Source: Chiloscyllium plagiosum (lineage: Eukaryota). From it: a DNA stretch of 51,179 bases. A program made the position numbers and the translations under genes. Location of the stretch: assembly GCF_004010195.1 (NCBI RefSeq), contig NC_057711.1, positions 70,419,839 through 70,471,017 of the forward strand. Reading direction: 5' to 3'. The notes under the pieces were generated by a model. It saw only the letters and a list, made by a program, of their open reading frames with translations, had not been told where the DNA came from and did not search any database. Positions within the stretch are counted from its first letter, which is position 1. The number at the start of each line of letters is the position of its first letter. Shown here piece by piece: positions 32,913 through 47,065 of the stretch.

Positions 32913-34727
32913 TTAATAAGGTAGTTAACAGGCATAGAAGACGCTTACTCTTTACTAATCATGGCTTAAAGTATAAGAGCAAGGAGGTTAAAATGAACCT
33001 GTACAAAACTTTAGTTCAGCTGCAGATGGAGTATTATGTGCAGTTCTGGTCACCTCAGGATAGGAGGAGTGTGATTGTGTTGGAAGGTGTGCAGAGAAGA
33101 TTCACCAGGATGTTCACAAAGGAGCATTTTAGCTATGAAGACAGGCTGAATAGGCTTGTGGTGGTGTCTTTACAACAGAGAAGGCTGAGAGGAGACCTGA
33201 TTGAGGTGTATAAAATGGTGATGGACAGGGTGGTTGGGAAACAGCTATTTCCCTCTGTTGAGGAATGAGTGAAAATAATTTTAAAGTGACAAGCAGGAGG
33301 TTTAGAGGAAATTTGAAGAAATTTCTTTGCAGCCAGAGGGTGGTGGGATCTGAATGCACTGCCTGGGAAGGCAGTAGAGTTTTTTTTTAAATCTTGAAAA
33401 AGTACTTTAATGAATATTTGAAATGTCATAATATTCAGAGCTATGAGCCAAGTGCTGGAAAGTGGAATTAATGTAGATTGGTTTGCTCAGACTCAATGGG
33501 CCAAAGGACTTCTTCTGTTCTGTAAGATATTTTGACTGAATGGTTTTATTATTAACCTGCAAATCCTTCTGCCAATAACACGTGTCAAGATTGAGATTCC
33601 TGGTCAACCAAGTGAGGAAAATAAAGCTGGATTCTCTGCCATCACTAACCTTAACTCGAACCTTTTATTCCTACATATATGTTTTATTCATAAAATATAA
33701 AATAAAATATAATTCATAAAAGAACTACAAACCATTTGACATGAACTTGTAGACTTTAAGAAAGTTCAACTTCTCCTAAATGTAACTAATTCTACTCTAT
33801 ACAGTTGTAATAGTCTTAATATTTGCAAATTAAATTCCCCATTAGGTATACAGATTGAGAACCCAGCAACATGAATATGAAAATGCATATTACCATAGGA
33901 ATGTATACTCCCAAAGTCATCTGTAAGACACCACCACCGCATTGCTTACTTATGAAGCTACGCATCCTAAATAAAAAATGAAAATTTATGTTTCATGAAA
34001 TGCAAATTTTATTAGATAAGAAAAAATGTGTGACATGGCCAAAGGGGTGAGAATTAGTTAAGACTCTACAGCTTTTCCTTCATCCTAAATGCTATCGGTA
34101 TTAGCTTATGGAAATGCAGCTTGTAGAAAACATTGTACTGCTTTGATAACACAATATAGTGAAGGACTGGAAGTGAATCAGTATCAATGGACTTTGAGGC
34201 ACAACAGGAATAACAGCTACTGGAATCAAAGAGACATTCAGTGACAGTAAATGCCATGAGTAAGATTTAAAAACAATGGATAAAGGAAATGGCAGAATTA
34301 GGTAATCTGTTTATGGAAAGTCACCAGTTGAAGAACAGAGGACAAAACAATTAATGTTGATAAGAAGCTGATATCCACAAGAATGTTATCTTTCCCTTGT
34401 CCTTTCTTCATCATAATACAGAGGTCTCTGCCCAGTGAGCCATTTCTTATTACTTCAGCATATATTTGTTCGTTCCTCTCCATTTGAAAGTAAAATGTTT
34501 TTCACATTATTTCAGACAAGAAAATCATTAAAATACAGGATAAGTGCAAAATAATTTTCATGCTTAAAAAATATTATCCAGCAGGAAAATTTGAATTGAT
34601 TTAATAAAATGAAATAAAATATAAACTTTTATAATGATATGTAAAACAGCTGAAATTATTATTGAAAGCTTTTTCTAAAGGTCCATTAAATGAATGTTAG
34701 TATACAGGTTCAATATAATAGGTGCAT

Positions 34728-35140
34728 TTTTTTACTCTTTCACTCATGGAATGTAGACATTGCTGGTTGGTCCAATATTTAGTGCCCTCCATAGGTGCCC
34801 TTGCGAAGATGGTAGTGAGCTGCCTTCTTGAATCACTGCCGTCTGTGTGTGTAGGTTTACCCACAATGCCTTTACGGAGGGATTTTTCACTGGCAGTAAA
34901 GGAACAGCAGTACATTTTGAAGTCAGGGTGGTGAGTGCTCTCATTATCTGCTGCTCTTGTTCTTCTAGATGGAAGTAGTCATGGGTTTGGAAGATACTGT
35001 CTGAGGTGCCTCAGTTAAATTCTGCTATCAGTACACCGCTATTCAGCTTCAGTGATGGAAGGACTGAGTATTGCTGGATGTGGTGTTAGTTAAGCAGGCT
35101 GCATTATCCAGGATGGTGTGAAGCTTCCTGAATGTTGCTG
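34728..35140 (-). mobile_element. CR1/L2-group LINE 3' end
   Basis: Reverse-complement similarity to 28700-29092 (GGTAGTGAGCTGCCTTCTTGAA; TTCTAGATGG). Confidence 0.7.
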
Positions 35141-35321
35141 TTCAGACTTTAATAATGTAGGAAGATGTGTGATTGCTTTCTTCTCCCTCAGGATTTATAT
35201 GTACATCCCTATACCAACTTGAAGGCACATTGAAAGATGGGACAAAATACCAAATGGAGAAATTATCCAAGTAAACTCAACGCATCTGTCTTTAACCCAG
35301 CCAAATCATTATAATTTTATG

Positions 35322-35515
35322 AGAAGGTGAGGCCTGCAGATTCTGGAGATTTAGAGTTGGAAAGTGTGGTGCTGGAAAAGCACAACAGGTCAGGTAGCAT
35401 CTGAGGAGCAGGGGAGTCGAGGTTTCAGGCATAGGCTTATGCCCAAAACGTTGACTCTCCTGCTCCTCGAATGCTGCCTGACCTGCTGTGCTTTTCTAGC
35501 GCCACACTTTTAGAC
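35322..35515. mobile_element. Inverted family A pair, cores truncated
   Basis: Two opposed arms meeting at GGCATA-GGCTTATGCC; TSD TCATTAT(A/C)ATTTTATG at 35306-35321 and 35516-35531. Confidence 0.85.
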
Positions 35516-36629
35516 TCATTATCATTTTATGTCAAGGTTGGGCATCAATTGAATGGCAGCAGGCCTGGCAGAGCCCCATATGATAGATGTAAAGGGCATA
35601 TCCAAAGATAGACTGTAAGGGTGCTGAGAGATGGAAAGTGCAATGGGATGCTTTGAGAAAGCATTGATGCCCGTAACCCCCGGCCTCTGGACCCTCAGCC
35701 CTCCTCATACCAGGAAGTATCTCCCAGTCCACCCTGTTAGCATCGGGTGCCCTCTTTCACCACTGATGTACCTCATTTCAAAATCATGTGTGCTCCCCAG
35801 CACATGCACAGCATTGCATTTATGCATGACGCCACATGTAAATTAAATCACATTTATGTTTAGAATTTTGCACAAGCCTGTTCTTGAATTAGCACACAGG
35901 AGGTTGCAGCTGTCAGCAAATGCTGCCTTTCTCAAATAACTTGAAGAACGGCTCCACATTATTTTTCTCAATTTTTGCTCGGGCCTCTGCAAATATAAAC
36001 ATCAGTTCACTGGACTTTGACTTATGGTTCAGATTCACCTCTTAGCTCCATCAGGCAATGCTAACTTCAATTTACTGTCCAATTCAATCAACCTGTGATT
36101 TGAAAGTTCCCTGATGACTGTCAAAGTGAAGACTGCCACTTGGTGGAAATTCATTGCCATGTCTTAAATGCAATACAGAACCAGCCAGAATTCCTTCACC
36201 TGTTTCATTTACCAATACCACATCCAAATCCAGATTGCCACTGTTTCAAAATTGATCTCGGGTAAGCCTCAAACTGTCACTGAGTTAGCACATTGGAACT
36301 GAAGCCCTGCTATTCTCAGAGTCCTTTTGAAAGTTAACTATTTTATGGAAGTACACAAAATTCTCCAATTATCCTATTGTTTTAGACTAGAGTTATCAAA
36401 AATTATGGGCCAGGTTTCTGTACTTAAAAATTCCTATCTATGATAAATAAACAGATTCTAGTCAAACAGAGACTCTGAAATCTTGATATATAATTCTATT
36501 GGTTAAAAATCTAACTCACTTTGAAAACAATCCCTACCCACTCATGCAGCAGACAGGCACAAAAATTATTAATAGTATGGTGAAGGAAAAAAATGGCAAG
36601 GCAATTCCATGGTCACTATCCCCAGGGTA

Positions 36630-37455
36630 ATAGAGTCATACAGCACAGAAACAGAACCTTCTGTCCAACCAGTCGATGCTGAACATAATCCCAAACTAAA
36701 CTAGTCCCACCTGCCTGCTCCTGGCCTATATCCCTCCAAACAAGTACACAAGTACACAAACTCAAACATATAAATAGAAAGCAGGAATCATGTATACTGC
36801 TTTGCCTGAGGCCCACTGAAGATGTTACCTAGCGGGGTGATGAAACATCTGGAAATGAATCTCCCAGCTCAGCGAGCAAACCTGAGCTACAAATCTACTC
36901 AAAACTCGCTTTTTCATTATTTTATAAATTTCTATCGAATTGCCTCTCAACCTCCTACGCTTCAGTGTAAGAAGTTCCAGCCAATCCAACCTTTCTTTTT
37001 AACTCAAACCTTCCATCGAGGCAACATCCTGGTAAATCTCTTCTGAACCCTCTCCAGCTTAATTATATCCTGCCTATAACTGGGTAACCAGAACTGGACA
37101 TAGTACTCCAGAAGATGCCTCAACAATGTCCTGTACAACCTCAAGATAACTTCCCAACTCCCAGACTCAAAGGACTGAGCAATGAAGGCAAGCATGCCAA
37201 ACACCTTTTTAACCACTATGTCTATATGTGACGCAAACTTTAAAGAATGATGTACCTGCAGTCCTAGGTCTCTCTGTTCTACAACACTACCCAAGGCACT
37301 ACCGTTAATTGTATATCCCCTAACCTTGTTTGTTGTACCAAAACGCAATGTCTCACATTTATTCAGGTTGAACTCCATCTGCCATTTACCAGCCCATTGA
37401 CGCATTTGATCAAGATCCCATTGTAATCTTAGAAAACCTTCTTCACTGTCTACAG
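36630..37455 (-). mobile_element. CR1 3' part
   Basis: ORF 37004-37486: WAGKWQMEFN, LLEYYVQFWLP, VQKRFTRMLP; tail AGAGTCATACAG. Confidence 0.88.
36757..36910 (+). mobile_element. Family C Penelope tail with hammerhead core (36813-36852)
   Basis: CCA-CTGAAGA-T-GTTA(CCTAGCGGGG)TGAT-GAA-ACAT-C-TGG; 3' GAGCTACAAATCT tail shared with 12870 and 30890 regions. Confidence 0.8.
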
Positions 37456-37899
37456 AACTTGTGGCTTCTTGATCTCTCTTCTCCAAGTACCTTTCATTTA
37501 CTTACAGGAGGTGTGAGGTACTGGTTCACTAATTGCAATCTCTAACTTATTGGTTAAAAGTAACAGCTTACATCAATTGATGAGGAAAAATAAACTGTCT
37601 TTCTTCAGGCATTCTTTACTGGGGAGAGAATGGCAGCACCTCCTTTTTTTGGAGATCTAAAGGCTTCTGATGTTCACACCCACAAGCTGTTCAGCTGCCT
37701 GGGAGTCAATCATCTTGTTGTTGGCAGGTAGTAAGCCTTTGTCATCACCAACTGGTCACATACCACAGACCAATCATCAGCTGCTTGTTGCTGGCTAAAT
37801 CAACCAAAGTACACACTTCGTAATATTGATATATCTGCAGTAATCTGTCTCGTCTGCTTGAACAAGCAATAGTATAAATAGCACTTGCAATAAGTGTTC

Positions 37900-38190
37900 A
37901 TAGAATCCTTACAGTATGGAAGCAGGCCATTCAGCCCATCATGTCCACACTGACCCTCCAAAGAGCATTTAAACCAGACCCACTGCCCCGCTCTAATCCC
38001 ACATTTTCCCTGTCAAATCCATCCGACCTACACTTTTTGGACTGTGACAAGAAACTAGAGCACCTGGAGGGAACACGTGCAAACACAGGGAGAATGTGTG
38101 AACTCCATAGAGACAGTTGACCGAGGTTGGAATCTAACATGGGACTCTGGCACTGTGAGGCAGCAGTGCTCACCTTTGAGCCACCATGCA
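37900..38190 (-). mobile_element. Older HE1-like V-SINE
   Basis: Diverged V-domain and CACTGTGAGGCAGCAGTGCT head. Confidence 0.8.
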
Positions 38191-39209
38191 AAATATTGGT
38201 AACTTGTGTTTAAAAGGTGCAGCAACCCCTTCCACAATCCTTATTTTTTAAAAAAAATAAAGTCCTTTTCCCATTTCATCCCACAATCAAAAAATACTGA
38301 AAAATAGAGAAGATATAGTCATTACGCTGGGCACTGATTGACATCACAATTCACTAATACTAGAAACACTAGAATATCCATTACAGAATGTTCAAATTTA
38401 GAATGTCCAGAAATATAATACTGTGTTATTATTTTGTGAGTTGCTACATTTATAGAAGCTAATACACAAATGGGCATTCTACTCTCCTTAGCCCTTCCAT
38501 CTGTTTTCTTATCAGTCACCATCTGTGTACAAGTGGTCAAAGGCTTCCTGATCAGTCTGAAACTGTGCCAGCATCCTTTTGTGTCAGAGGACGTAACTTC
38601 TGCCTATTAATGAGATCTTCACCTGCCTGCAACAAGCTCTGCCAACATATTGCGAAAACCTTGGATTAAAATGGACTTAGACATGGAGGTAGCACTCTGC
38701 CCCACTTTAAAAAAAACATGAGACACCCGTTCTCATTGAGCACAGGAGCAATTTAAATCAAGGCCTAAATGTCCAACTAATGCATAGCAACATCAATAGA
38801 ATATTGAACTTTATCACCAGAAAGGAGAAAGTATTCAGAAAATGTCTTAAACAAACTGTGCAGGGCCTTGGTCAGATCACTCACTGAATGACATGAATAG
38901 CAATTCCTCTTGGAACTGTAATGAAAAAAAAACAATCAATCAGCTATCAGTTGTACACTTTGTACAAGCTCTTTTCAATGACTTTGATGAAAAAGAAAAT
39001 CAGGTAGAATATATAACAGCCTATCCATTTTCTATCACCTAATTCTGCTTTTCAGGTTCCAAAGAAGATGTTCAAGTGTTAAAAACAGTACACAGACATG
39101 CCATGAAGCTGATTCCCAGCCTTGGAACACTCATTTATGGTAAAACGTGAGCTCTACAGATTTCTAAGAAGATGTCAGAGATACCATACTTCCAAGCTGC
39201 ATTCCAGAA

Positions 39210-40440
39210 CCAAACCACTAGATGTGTAAAAATGTTTTGTCTCACCTCACGTTTACTTCTTTTCAAATCCCTTCAAATCTATACCCTCTCATTCTTGATC
39301 TATTTACAGACAGGAAACTTTCTCCAAATATACTGTATCTGGATTTCTCACAATGTTGTAAACTTCAATCAAATCTCTTCTTAGCCATTTCCTTGCCAGA
39401 AGAATCCCAATTTTGCCAATCCATCTTCATAACAAAAGCTTCTCACCCCTAGAACCATTTTTGTAAACAATGTCTGTGCTCTCTCCAATACATTCAAATC
39501 CTTCTTAAAGTATGGAACACAGAACCAGACACAACATTCCAGCAGAGGTCTAACTAATGTCTTAAACATTTTCAATATCTCCTCCCTGCTGTTATACTCT
39601 GCGCCATTGGTAGTCAATCAAGAATACTCAATTATTTATTGACTGCAATATTCAGTTTTCCTATCAGCTTTTAATGACACTTGCGACCCAATTCTGTTTG
39701 CTTCTACTTGCCTTTAATAGTAGTCGCATTTATTTTATACTGTCTCCCCATATTCTTGTTCTTCACATATACATCAAAATGCATCACCTGATATTTCTCT
39801 GGATTGAACTTCATCTGCCACCTATCCACCCACTCCACCAACCTGTCAATGTCCCTTTGAAGTTCTATTTTTTCCTCATACTTTCCAATGCTTCTACGTT
39901 TTCATCATGCACAAATCTCAAAATTAACCCATGCAATTCAAGATCTAAATCATTATTATTAATCAGGACATGCAAGGATCCCAATATCAATGCCTGGAGA
40001 ACTCCACGACAAACCTTCCTCCAGCCTCCATTTCTTATCATTCAATGAATTTGCTGTCCATATTGCTTTTGTCCTTTTATTCCATGAGCTATAACTTTTC
40101 TCACAAATTTGTTTTTGTGACACAGTATCTAACATCTTTTAGCTCCATGTGCACCATGTATTACCTTCAATCATTTTGTGTTTCTGCTCCAAAGAACGCA
40201 GGCAAGTTAGTTAAGCATGAAAGAAACTCATACAGGTTGTCTGTAGTTAACTCATATTTGTCCATTACTTTTATCTCTAATGATGGTTTCTAGAAGTTTC
40301 CCCATGACTGAAATTAAACTAACTTGTCCAGAATATATGAGCTTCTCTTTCCAAGCATTTTTGAACAAGAGAGTCATGTTTGCAATTTTCCTGTCCTGCG
40401 GAACCACTCCTGCTCCATGGAAATCTGAAAGATTATGGAC
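39210..40440 (-). mobile_element. Ancient CR1 ORF2 relic
   Basis: KTLVRPLLECCVWF..PYFKKDLNVLERAQ..FTKM; WQMKFN remnant. Confidence 0.7.
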
Positions 40441-40800
40441 AATACTTCTTCAATTTCCAATTTGTCGTATAACTTCTGGAACTGAAAGGCGACAGGTTTC
40501 AACCTTACTAATGTGACCCCTTAACTTGGATTTTCTGTTCTTCAATTTTTCTTCTTCAGGTTCTTTTCATTTTATGAGAGGCAAAAGGGATTAGTACACT
40601 AACTTAAAACTTTCTTAGCACTTGTCAAAAGCCACAGCTTACACTAACTAATGAAGGAAAATAAATTGGCCTAAATTAGAGAGAAAGACACACCATCTGC
40701 TGTTTCAAGAAGTCCAAGTGCTTCTGTCAGTATCATGGATAACCACAAGCTGTTGAGATGCCTGGTTGCAAATACATAGCTGTTCTCCAGCTGAAGGCCT

Positions 40801-41113
40801 TTAGATTAGATTACTTACAGTGTGGAATCAGGCCCTTCGGCCCAACAAGTCCACACTGCCTCGCCGAAGCACAACCCACCCATACCCCTACATTTACCCC
40901 CCTTATCTAACACTACGGGCAATTTAGCATGGCCAATTCACCTGACCTGCACATCTTTGGACTGTGGGAGGAAACCGGAGCACCCGGAGGAAACCCACGC
41001 AGATACGGGGAGAACGTGCAAACTCCACACAGTCAGTCGCCTGAGGCGGGAATTGAACCCAGGTCTCTGGCGCTATGAGGCAGCAGTGCTAACCACTGTG
41101 CCACCGTGCCGCC
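40801..41113 (-). mobile_element. HE1-like V-SINE, young
   Basis: Full head, V-domain and (TAATC)n tail with CpGs retained; very similar to 47581-47900. Confidence 0.93.
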
Positions 41114-41839
41114 TTTGTTATCCACAACTTGTCAAAACCTCACAGACCAATCAGCAACCTACTGCTGGCCCAATCTCACCTTGTGTGTGCCACTATTCTC
41201 CCGACTCAGTTCCCCACAAGCCCTCCAGTGCCAACCTATCGACGAACAGCTTCTCCCACTATTTGAACAATGCAACATTGTAAACACAAATTGGTGAGTT
41301 TCAGTATCTTCATTTTTAAAAATAATGCCATTCCATCCATAATCCTTGAGATTTAATAAGGTCATTTTCCAATTACAGTGTTCAATCAAAAATATGGAAA
41401 AATAAATGATATGATCTTTATGGTACCAAAGCTTAAAGCAATCTAAGGCAGAAACCACAAACCTTGAATTCAACTCTTTTATTCAAGTGCTTTCTCACAT
41501 TGTGCAAAGTTACAGTTGGTTTTTCCTGTTATTAAGCAGCTGAACAGTACTGCATTCTCAGCTCACTGTCACATACAATCAAGATAGACTGATAGTCACC
41601 CACTGAGGATAACTAATTTGCCTGATACAGTGGGAGACAAAAAGGTGTTTGTCCTTTGTTCCCATATCTGTTTTGGAGTTCTGGTCCAATTATAGGTAAA
41701 CCAAAAATATTTTATGGTTGAAATAATTACGTTCAAATTTTCAGATAAAATACATAATTGAAAGAAATATAAATCTTATGCCAGCTAAACTTGCATAGGT
41801 ATTTTCTCAAGTTATATTTTAAGATCATAATAAACAGCG

Positions 41840-42903
41840 TAGAGTCATAGAGTCATAGAGATGTACAGCACAGAAACAGACTCTTCGATCCAACTCATCC
41901 ATGCCGACCAGATATCCCAACCTAATCTAGTCCCACCTGGCAGCACCCGGCCCATATCCCTCCAAAACCTCCCTATTCATATACCCATCCAGATGCCTCG
42001 GAAATGCTCCAATGCATTAGCCTCCATCATTTCCTCTAGCAGTCCATTCCACACATGCACCACTTACTGCGTTGCCCCTTAGCTCTCTTTTATCTTTCCC
42101 CTCTCAACCTAAACCTATGCCCTCTAGTTCTGGATTCCCCACCCCAGGGAAAAGACCTTGTCTATTTACCAAATCCATGCCCCTCATGATTTTATAAAGT
42201 TCTATAATGTCACCTCTCAGCCTCCGACGCCCCAGGGAAAACAACCCTAGCCTATTCAACCTCCCTCAATTCCTCCAACCCTGGTAACATCCTTGTAAAT
42301 CTTTTCTGAACACTTTCAAGTTTCACAACATCCTTCCGATAGGAAGGAGACCAGAATTGCACGCAATATTCCAACAGTGGCCTAACCAATGTCCTGTACA
42401 GCTGCAACATGACTTCCCAACTCCTGTACTCAATACACTGACCAATAAAGGAAAGCATACCAAACGCCTTCTTCACTATCCTATCCTGAGGTAACTTTCT
42501 TCGCTATCCACTACACCTCCAATTTTGGTGTCATCTGCAAACTTACTAACCATAGCTCTTATGCTCACATCCAAATCATTTATATAAATGACAAAAAGTA
42601 GTGGACCCAGCACCGATCCTTATGGCACTCCACTGGTCACAGGCCTCCTGTCTGAAAAACAACCCTCCACCACCACCCTCTGTCTTCTACCTTTGAGCCA
42701 GTTCTATATCCAAATAGCTAGTTCTCCCTGTAATCCATGAGATTTAACCTTGCTAACCAGTCTCCCATGGGGAACCTTGTCGAATGCCTTACTGAAGTCC
42801 ATATAGATCTCGTCTACCACTCTGCCCTCATTAATCCTCTTCGTTACTTCTTCAACAAACTCAATCAAGCTTGTGAGACATGATTTCCCTTGCACAAAGC
42901 CAT
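41840..42903 (-). mobile_element. CR1 (HER1-like) LINE with internal deletions
   Basis: GKSCLTSLIEF, YMDFSKAFDKVPH, LVRPLLEYCVQFWSP; (AGTCATAG)n tail; deletion junction near 42487. Confidence 0.9.
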
Positions 42904-43104
42904 TTGTTGTGACCAGAAATATAAAAATAGAGAAAAAAACAATTTCTGCAAGTGCTTATAAAGAAGTAGAGTAACTAGAATAAAACAAAAGTGAGTACTG
43001 GTCTTCTAGCTAGTGAGTATAGGGAATTAATAATGGAAAATAAGGCAATAGTAACTGAGTGAAACAGGTTTTTGGATTGGTCTTCACTGTTGAGATGTAA
43101 ATAT

Positions 43105-43767
43105 TGTTATGAAGATATAGGTGTACTGTACCTTTAAGAAAGTTAAAAGCTAGCAGAACTACCTGACAGCACCAAGTGCTCTCAACAAGGTACAATATAA
43201 CCTTTTGGTCCAGCAGCTCGTGTTGCTGGTTGCTTGGAGACAAAAACAAATTTAAATTAGGCCAATCAGTTTAAATTATACCCCGAAAAAATACCGAACT
43301 CCAATCCAGTTTGAATTTAGTATATTGACAATCTTAAAAGCCAACGATACAATCCGATACTTTGGGTGTTTAAGACCGGGAAAAATTGAACAGCTGGGGG
43401 AGAACTGCTGAAAGACGAACAGACGTATACTACTAGTCAGAACTGACTGAAGAAGTTTGAAGGAGTTTGCACAGAGAAAAGCATGGACACTGACCTGGAG
43501 AGCAAATCTGCAAAGAGAAGATTTGACAGCTGGCTGGTTTTAAAATTTGAATTTTTTCAGTAAACCTTAATTGGAATTTTTTATCAGACTAGCATTATAG
43601 AAGAGAAAGTAAAAGATAGGTGAGAGCAAGGAGTTGTAAATAGTTGTTATTTAATTATTCTCTGTTATACTTTCGGAAATAAAGTTGTTAACTTGTCCTT
43701 TAAATAGTTCTTGGCCTCTCGAATTTTCACAGATTACTGCATCTTTTGTTTACCCTGTGTCGTAACA
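43105..43767 (+). mobile_element. Solo LTR (663 bp)
   Basis: TGTTATGA...TCGTAACA inverted termini, 4-bp TSD ATAT at 43101-43104 and 43768-43771, CCAAT boxes, AATAAA ~43678. Confidence 0.9.
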
Positions 43768-44798
43768 ATATCTTTACAGAAATAACTGTGATTCAGCAGT
43801 TCAAAGAAAGGGAAGATCTTAAATCTATTGCGATCACCAGGAATAGGTATTGATAAAATTATTAGAATTAAAAGCTGACAAGATGGATTTCATCTTGGGA
43901 TCTTCAAAAAAATGTGGTTGCTGCAATAGTAAATGCATTGATTTTACTTTTCAAAAGTTCCTTTGACACTGGAAAAATCCCATTTGACTGGATAGCTTAA
44001 CATCTGTCCTATGGAAAATGCTGGAATCTATTACTAAGGAGTTATGATGGAGCAGATATAAAATCTCAAATTAATCAGGCAGACTCAACAAAGGGAAATC
44101 ACATTTGACTAATTTATATGGACAAAAGGAAACTTGTGAATTATCTACATAGAGATTTCCAGAAGGTATTTGGAAAAGTGTCACCTCAGAGATTATGATG
44201 CAAAATAAAAGATCATGGAGTTAGAGGTAATATATCATCATGAATCAAGGTTTGGTTAACTGACAAGAAACACAGAGAAGGCATAAATGGGATATTTTCA
44301 GATTGACAATATTTAGTGATTGGAAAGTCATGAAGACCTCAACTATTTACAATATGTATTAATGATTTGGATAAAGGAATCAAATGTATAGTTACTAAAT
44401 TTGCTAATCATGCAAAAATAGGTCGAAAAGCAAGTTGTGAAGTTATAAGGAGTCATAAAGGGTTATAGATAGGTTACATGAGTGGGTGAAAATTTGGCAA
44501 ATGGAGTATAATGTAGAAAATGAAAGGGCTTGTCCATTTGGCAGAAAGGATGAAAAAAGTGTCATACTCTTAAAATGAAGAGAAACTGCAGAACTCTGAG
44601 GGACAGAAGGATCTGGGTATCCCGATATAGGAACTAGAAAAAAATTGATATGCAGGTAAAGCAAGAAGCTGGAAAGGCAAATGGAATGTTGTTATCTATT
44701 GCAAGGGAAAGATAAGAGTGGGAAGTTGTTTTTTTCAGTTGTGTAGAACATTCACGAAGTCACATCTGAGGTACTGTACACAGCTTTGGTCCTTTCAA

Positions 44799-45155
44799 GG
44801 GTGGCACTGTGCCTCAGGGGTCAGCACTGCTGCCTCACAGGGCCAGGGTCCTGGATGTGATTCCACCTGTGTGACTGTCTATGTGGAGTTTTCAAGTTCT
44901 CCTCATGTCTGTATGGGTTTCCTCTGAGAGCTGCCCTTTCTTCCCACAGCCTAAAGGTGTGCAGGTTAAGTGGATGTGTCATGGTAAATTGTTTCGTAGT
45001 GTCCAGGGAAGTGCAGGCTAGGTGGGTTATTCATGATAAATGTAGAGTTACAGAGATTGGATAGGGGTTGGGTCTGGGTCTGATGCTCTTTGGAAGGTTA
45101 GTGTGGATTTGATGGGTTGAATAGCCTGCTTTCATACTGTAGGCATTCAATGATT
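44799..45155 (+). mobile_element. Older HE1-like V-SINE
   Basis: Head CAGCACTGCTGCCTCACAG, diverged V-domain, CR1-like tail. Confidence 0.8.
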
Positions 45156-45525
45156 CTTTATTTAAGATAGGAACAGGACCATTCAGCCCCTCAAGTCTGA
45201 TCCTAACCCTAACTGCTATTCAATGAGATCATGGCAGATATGTGGTCTAACTCCATATTCCTTAATACTTTTGCCTAACAACAATTTATCAATTTTGGTT
45301 TTAAAATTAACAATGGATACAAAGGCATTAGAAGCAGTTCAGGAAAGTGTTTTCAACTGATACCTGGGGTGGGGAAGTTATTCTCTGAGGAAAGTTGGAC
45401 AGGCTGGGGTATATGTACTGAAGGTTAGAAGAATGGGAGGTGATCTGAGAGAAACATTTAAGATTCTGAGGGGGCTTGACAGGATAAGTGCTGAAAAGAT
45501 ATTTCCCTTGACCCAGCACCAAGGG

Positions 45526-46720
45526 TGATGTCTCTGATAGCTCAGAGGATGTATTGGGACAGCACTCACTTGGGCCCTTTGCCAAAACAGTGAGTCACCT
45601 CAGTGGGTCCACTACCCACAGTAGACTGTTGCAGCCTCCTGGCTGCTAAAACAGAGATAGATTGCTAACTTGGCCAAACAGCAAAGGGTGCTGGGTACAT
45701 TGGCCACGTGAGGCTCTGAAATCATAAAATCCACACACCAGACACAGTACAAAAACAGCAGCCAGGTGTTAATGATATTACCATAACATAAAAGGCAACA
45801 GTTACTGTGGACAGACATACTCCCAACAACTTATGCACCAAAGGAGAGCCCAGCCACAAAGGCACTGGGTGCTACTACACAAAGAAACTAGCAGTAGTGT
45901 GCCATCTAAATGATTGACCCATGTTTCACACTATTAAGTGTTCTTCACCGATTGGCAGAACTTTAGAAAGTTCCAGAAAACTATCTAAAAGGTATAAAAA
46001 CATGGGTTCACCTGCAAACCTCTCTTTCGGAACCACTCTTGGACTCTCTGGAATCATCTGTGGCCGTCCAAGGAGATCAGGATGGCAAGAGGCAGAGACC
46101 AGCTGACCATCCAGAGGGAGACAGGAAGGAACAGAAAGTAACATACCCCAGAGACAGCACTGCAGAGACAGTGATTGCATAAATTTACAAGAGACTCAGG
46201 AAGTATTGTAACCTTAAGGGGCCAAACAGGGACAATATGTTTAGTATTAAAGATTATTGTAATTTTGTTCCTAATGAAGTGTGACTGTTTTGCTTTGGTA
46301 CCAGCTTGTGTTCATATTGATTTAACCACTTTGGTGTTGTGGGATACCTGGGCAAATTTGTTCATAATATTCTGGTCGGAGTTGTCTGCAATTTGTTTAA
46401 AGAGGAAAGACAACGAGACTGTGGATCACAATCTGGTGAGTACATCATTGACACAGATCTACAGTCAGCAGAGGAAGAAACACCAAGATTGCTTACACTC
46501 AGCCAAATGGTAGAGACCACACCCCTGCTTAGCCTCATAGCCTCATGCAGATGTTGTGTCTCTGTACTTGCCATAATTGACACTATACATGCAGAGACAG
46601 GTAGGGTAACATCAGGAAGTGATGCCAGAGACCCACTCTAGCCTAGAGTCAAAGACAGGGGATGCCATCCAAGTCCTGTTTACTGTGATTGCTTTGGCAT
46701 GTGAACACTCTGTTGCCTCC
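45526..46720 (+). repeat. Unclassified LTR-plus-leader-like sequence
   Basis: ATTGG ~45951, TATAAAA 45993, ATTAAA ~46246, ..AACCA then TGGTGTTGTGGGAT (~46333), donor-like GGTGAGT ~46435. No TSD found. Confidence 0.3.
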
Positions 46721-47065
46721 ATGGGGGTGATAGTGGCCATCTTTAAGACCAAGATCCAAAAACTGACCACTCAGTGCCCTTAAACGATGAATTAGACATA
46801 TGTCAGTGGGAGGCAAGGGAGGAGATTGCAGAGTCCCTGAAATCAATTTTGAAATCCTCACTGAGCACAGGAGAGATGTCAGAGGAATGGAAGACACCTG
46901 ATGTGAAACCATTATTCAAGAAGGCTGGAAAGAATTAACCAGACAACTAAAGGCCAGTGAATCTAATATCAGAGTAGGGAAAATGGCGGAATATTCTGAA
47001 GGACAGAATGAATCTCCACTTGGAGAGGCAGATTCATCAAAGAGAGTCAGCATGACTTTGTCAGA

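Larger units (their letters stand above)
31900..33525 (+). mobile_element. Old CR1 RT to 3' end, multiply interrupted
   Basis: LPQGSVLDPLLF, KFANDTK, LEGVQRRFTRM, QRRLRGDLIEVYK. Confidence 0.85.
42910..45510 (+). mobile_element. Ancient CR1 ORF2 relic hosting a solo LTR, a SINE and an opposite-strand CR1 tail
   Basis: DFQKVFGKV, KFANHAKIG, WVKIWQMEYNV, RRMGGDLRETFKIL remnants. Confidence 0.7.

Noticed and set aside
34066..34483. Short ORFs in unique DNA (also 35940-36270 and 38480-38670) as host exons
   Set aside because: No consistent splice sites with an open frame and no recognisable protein.
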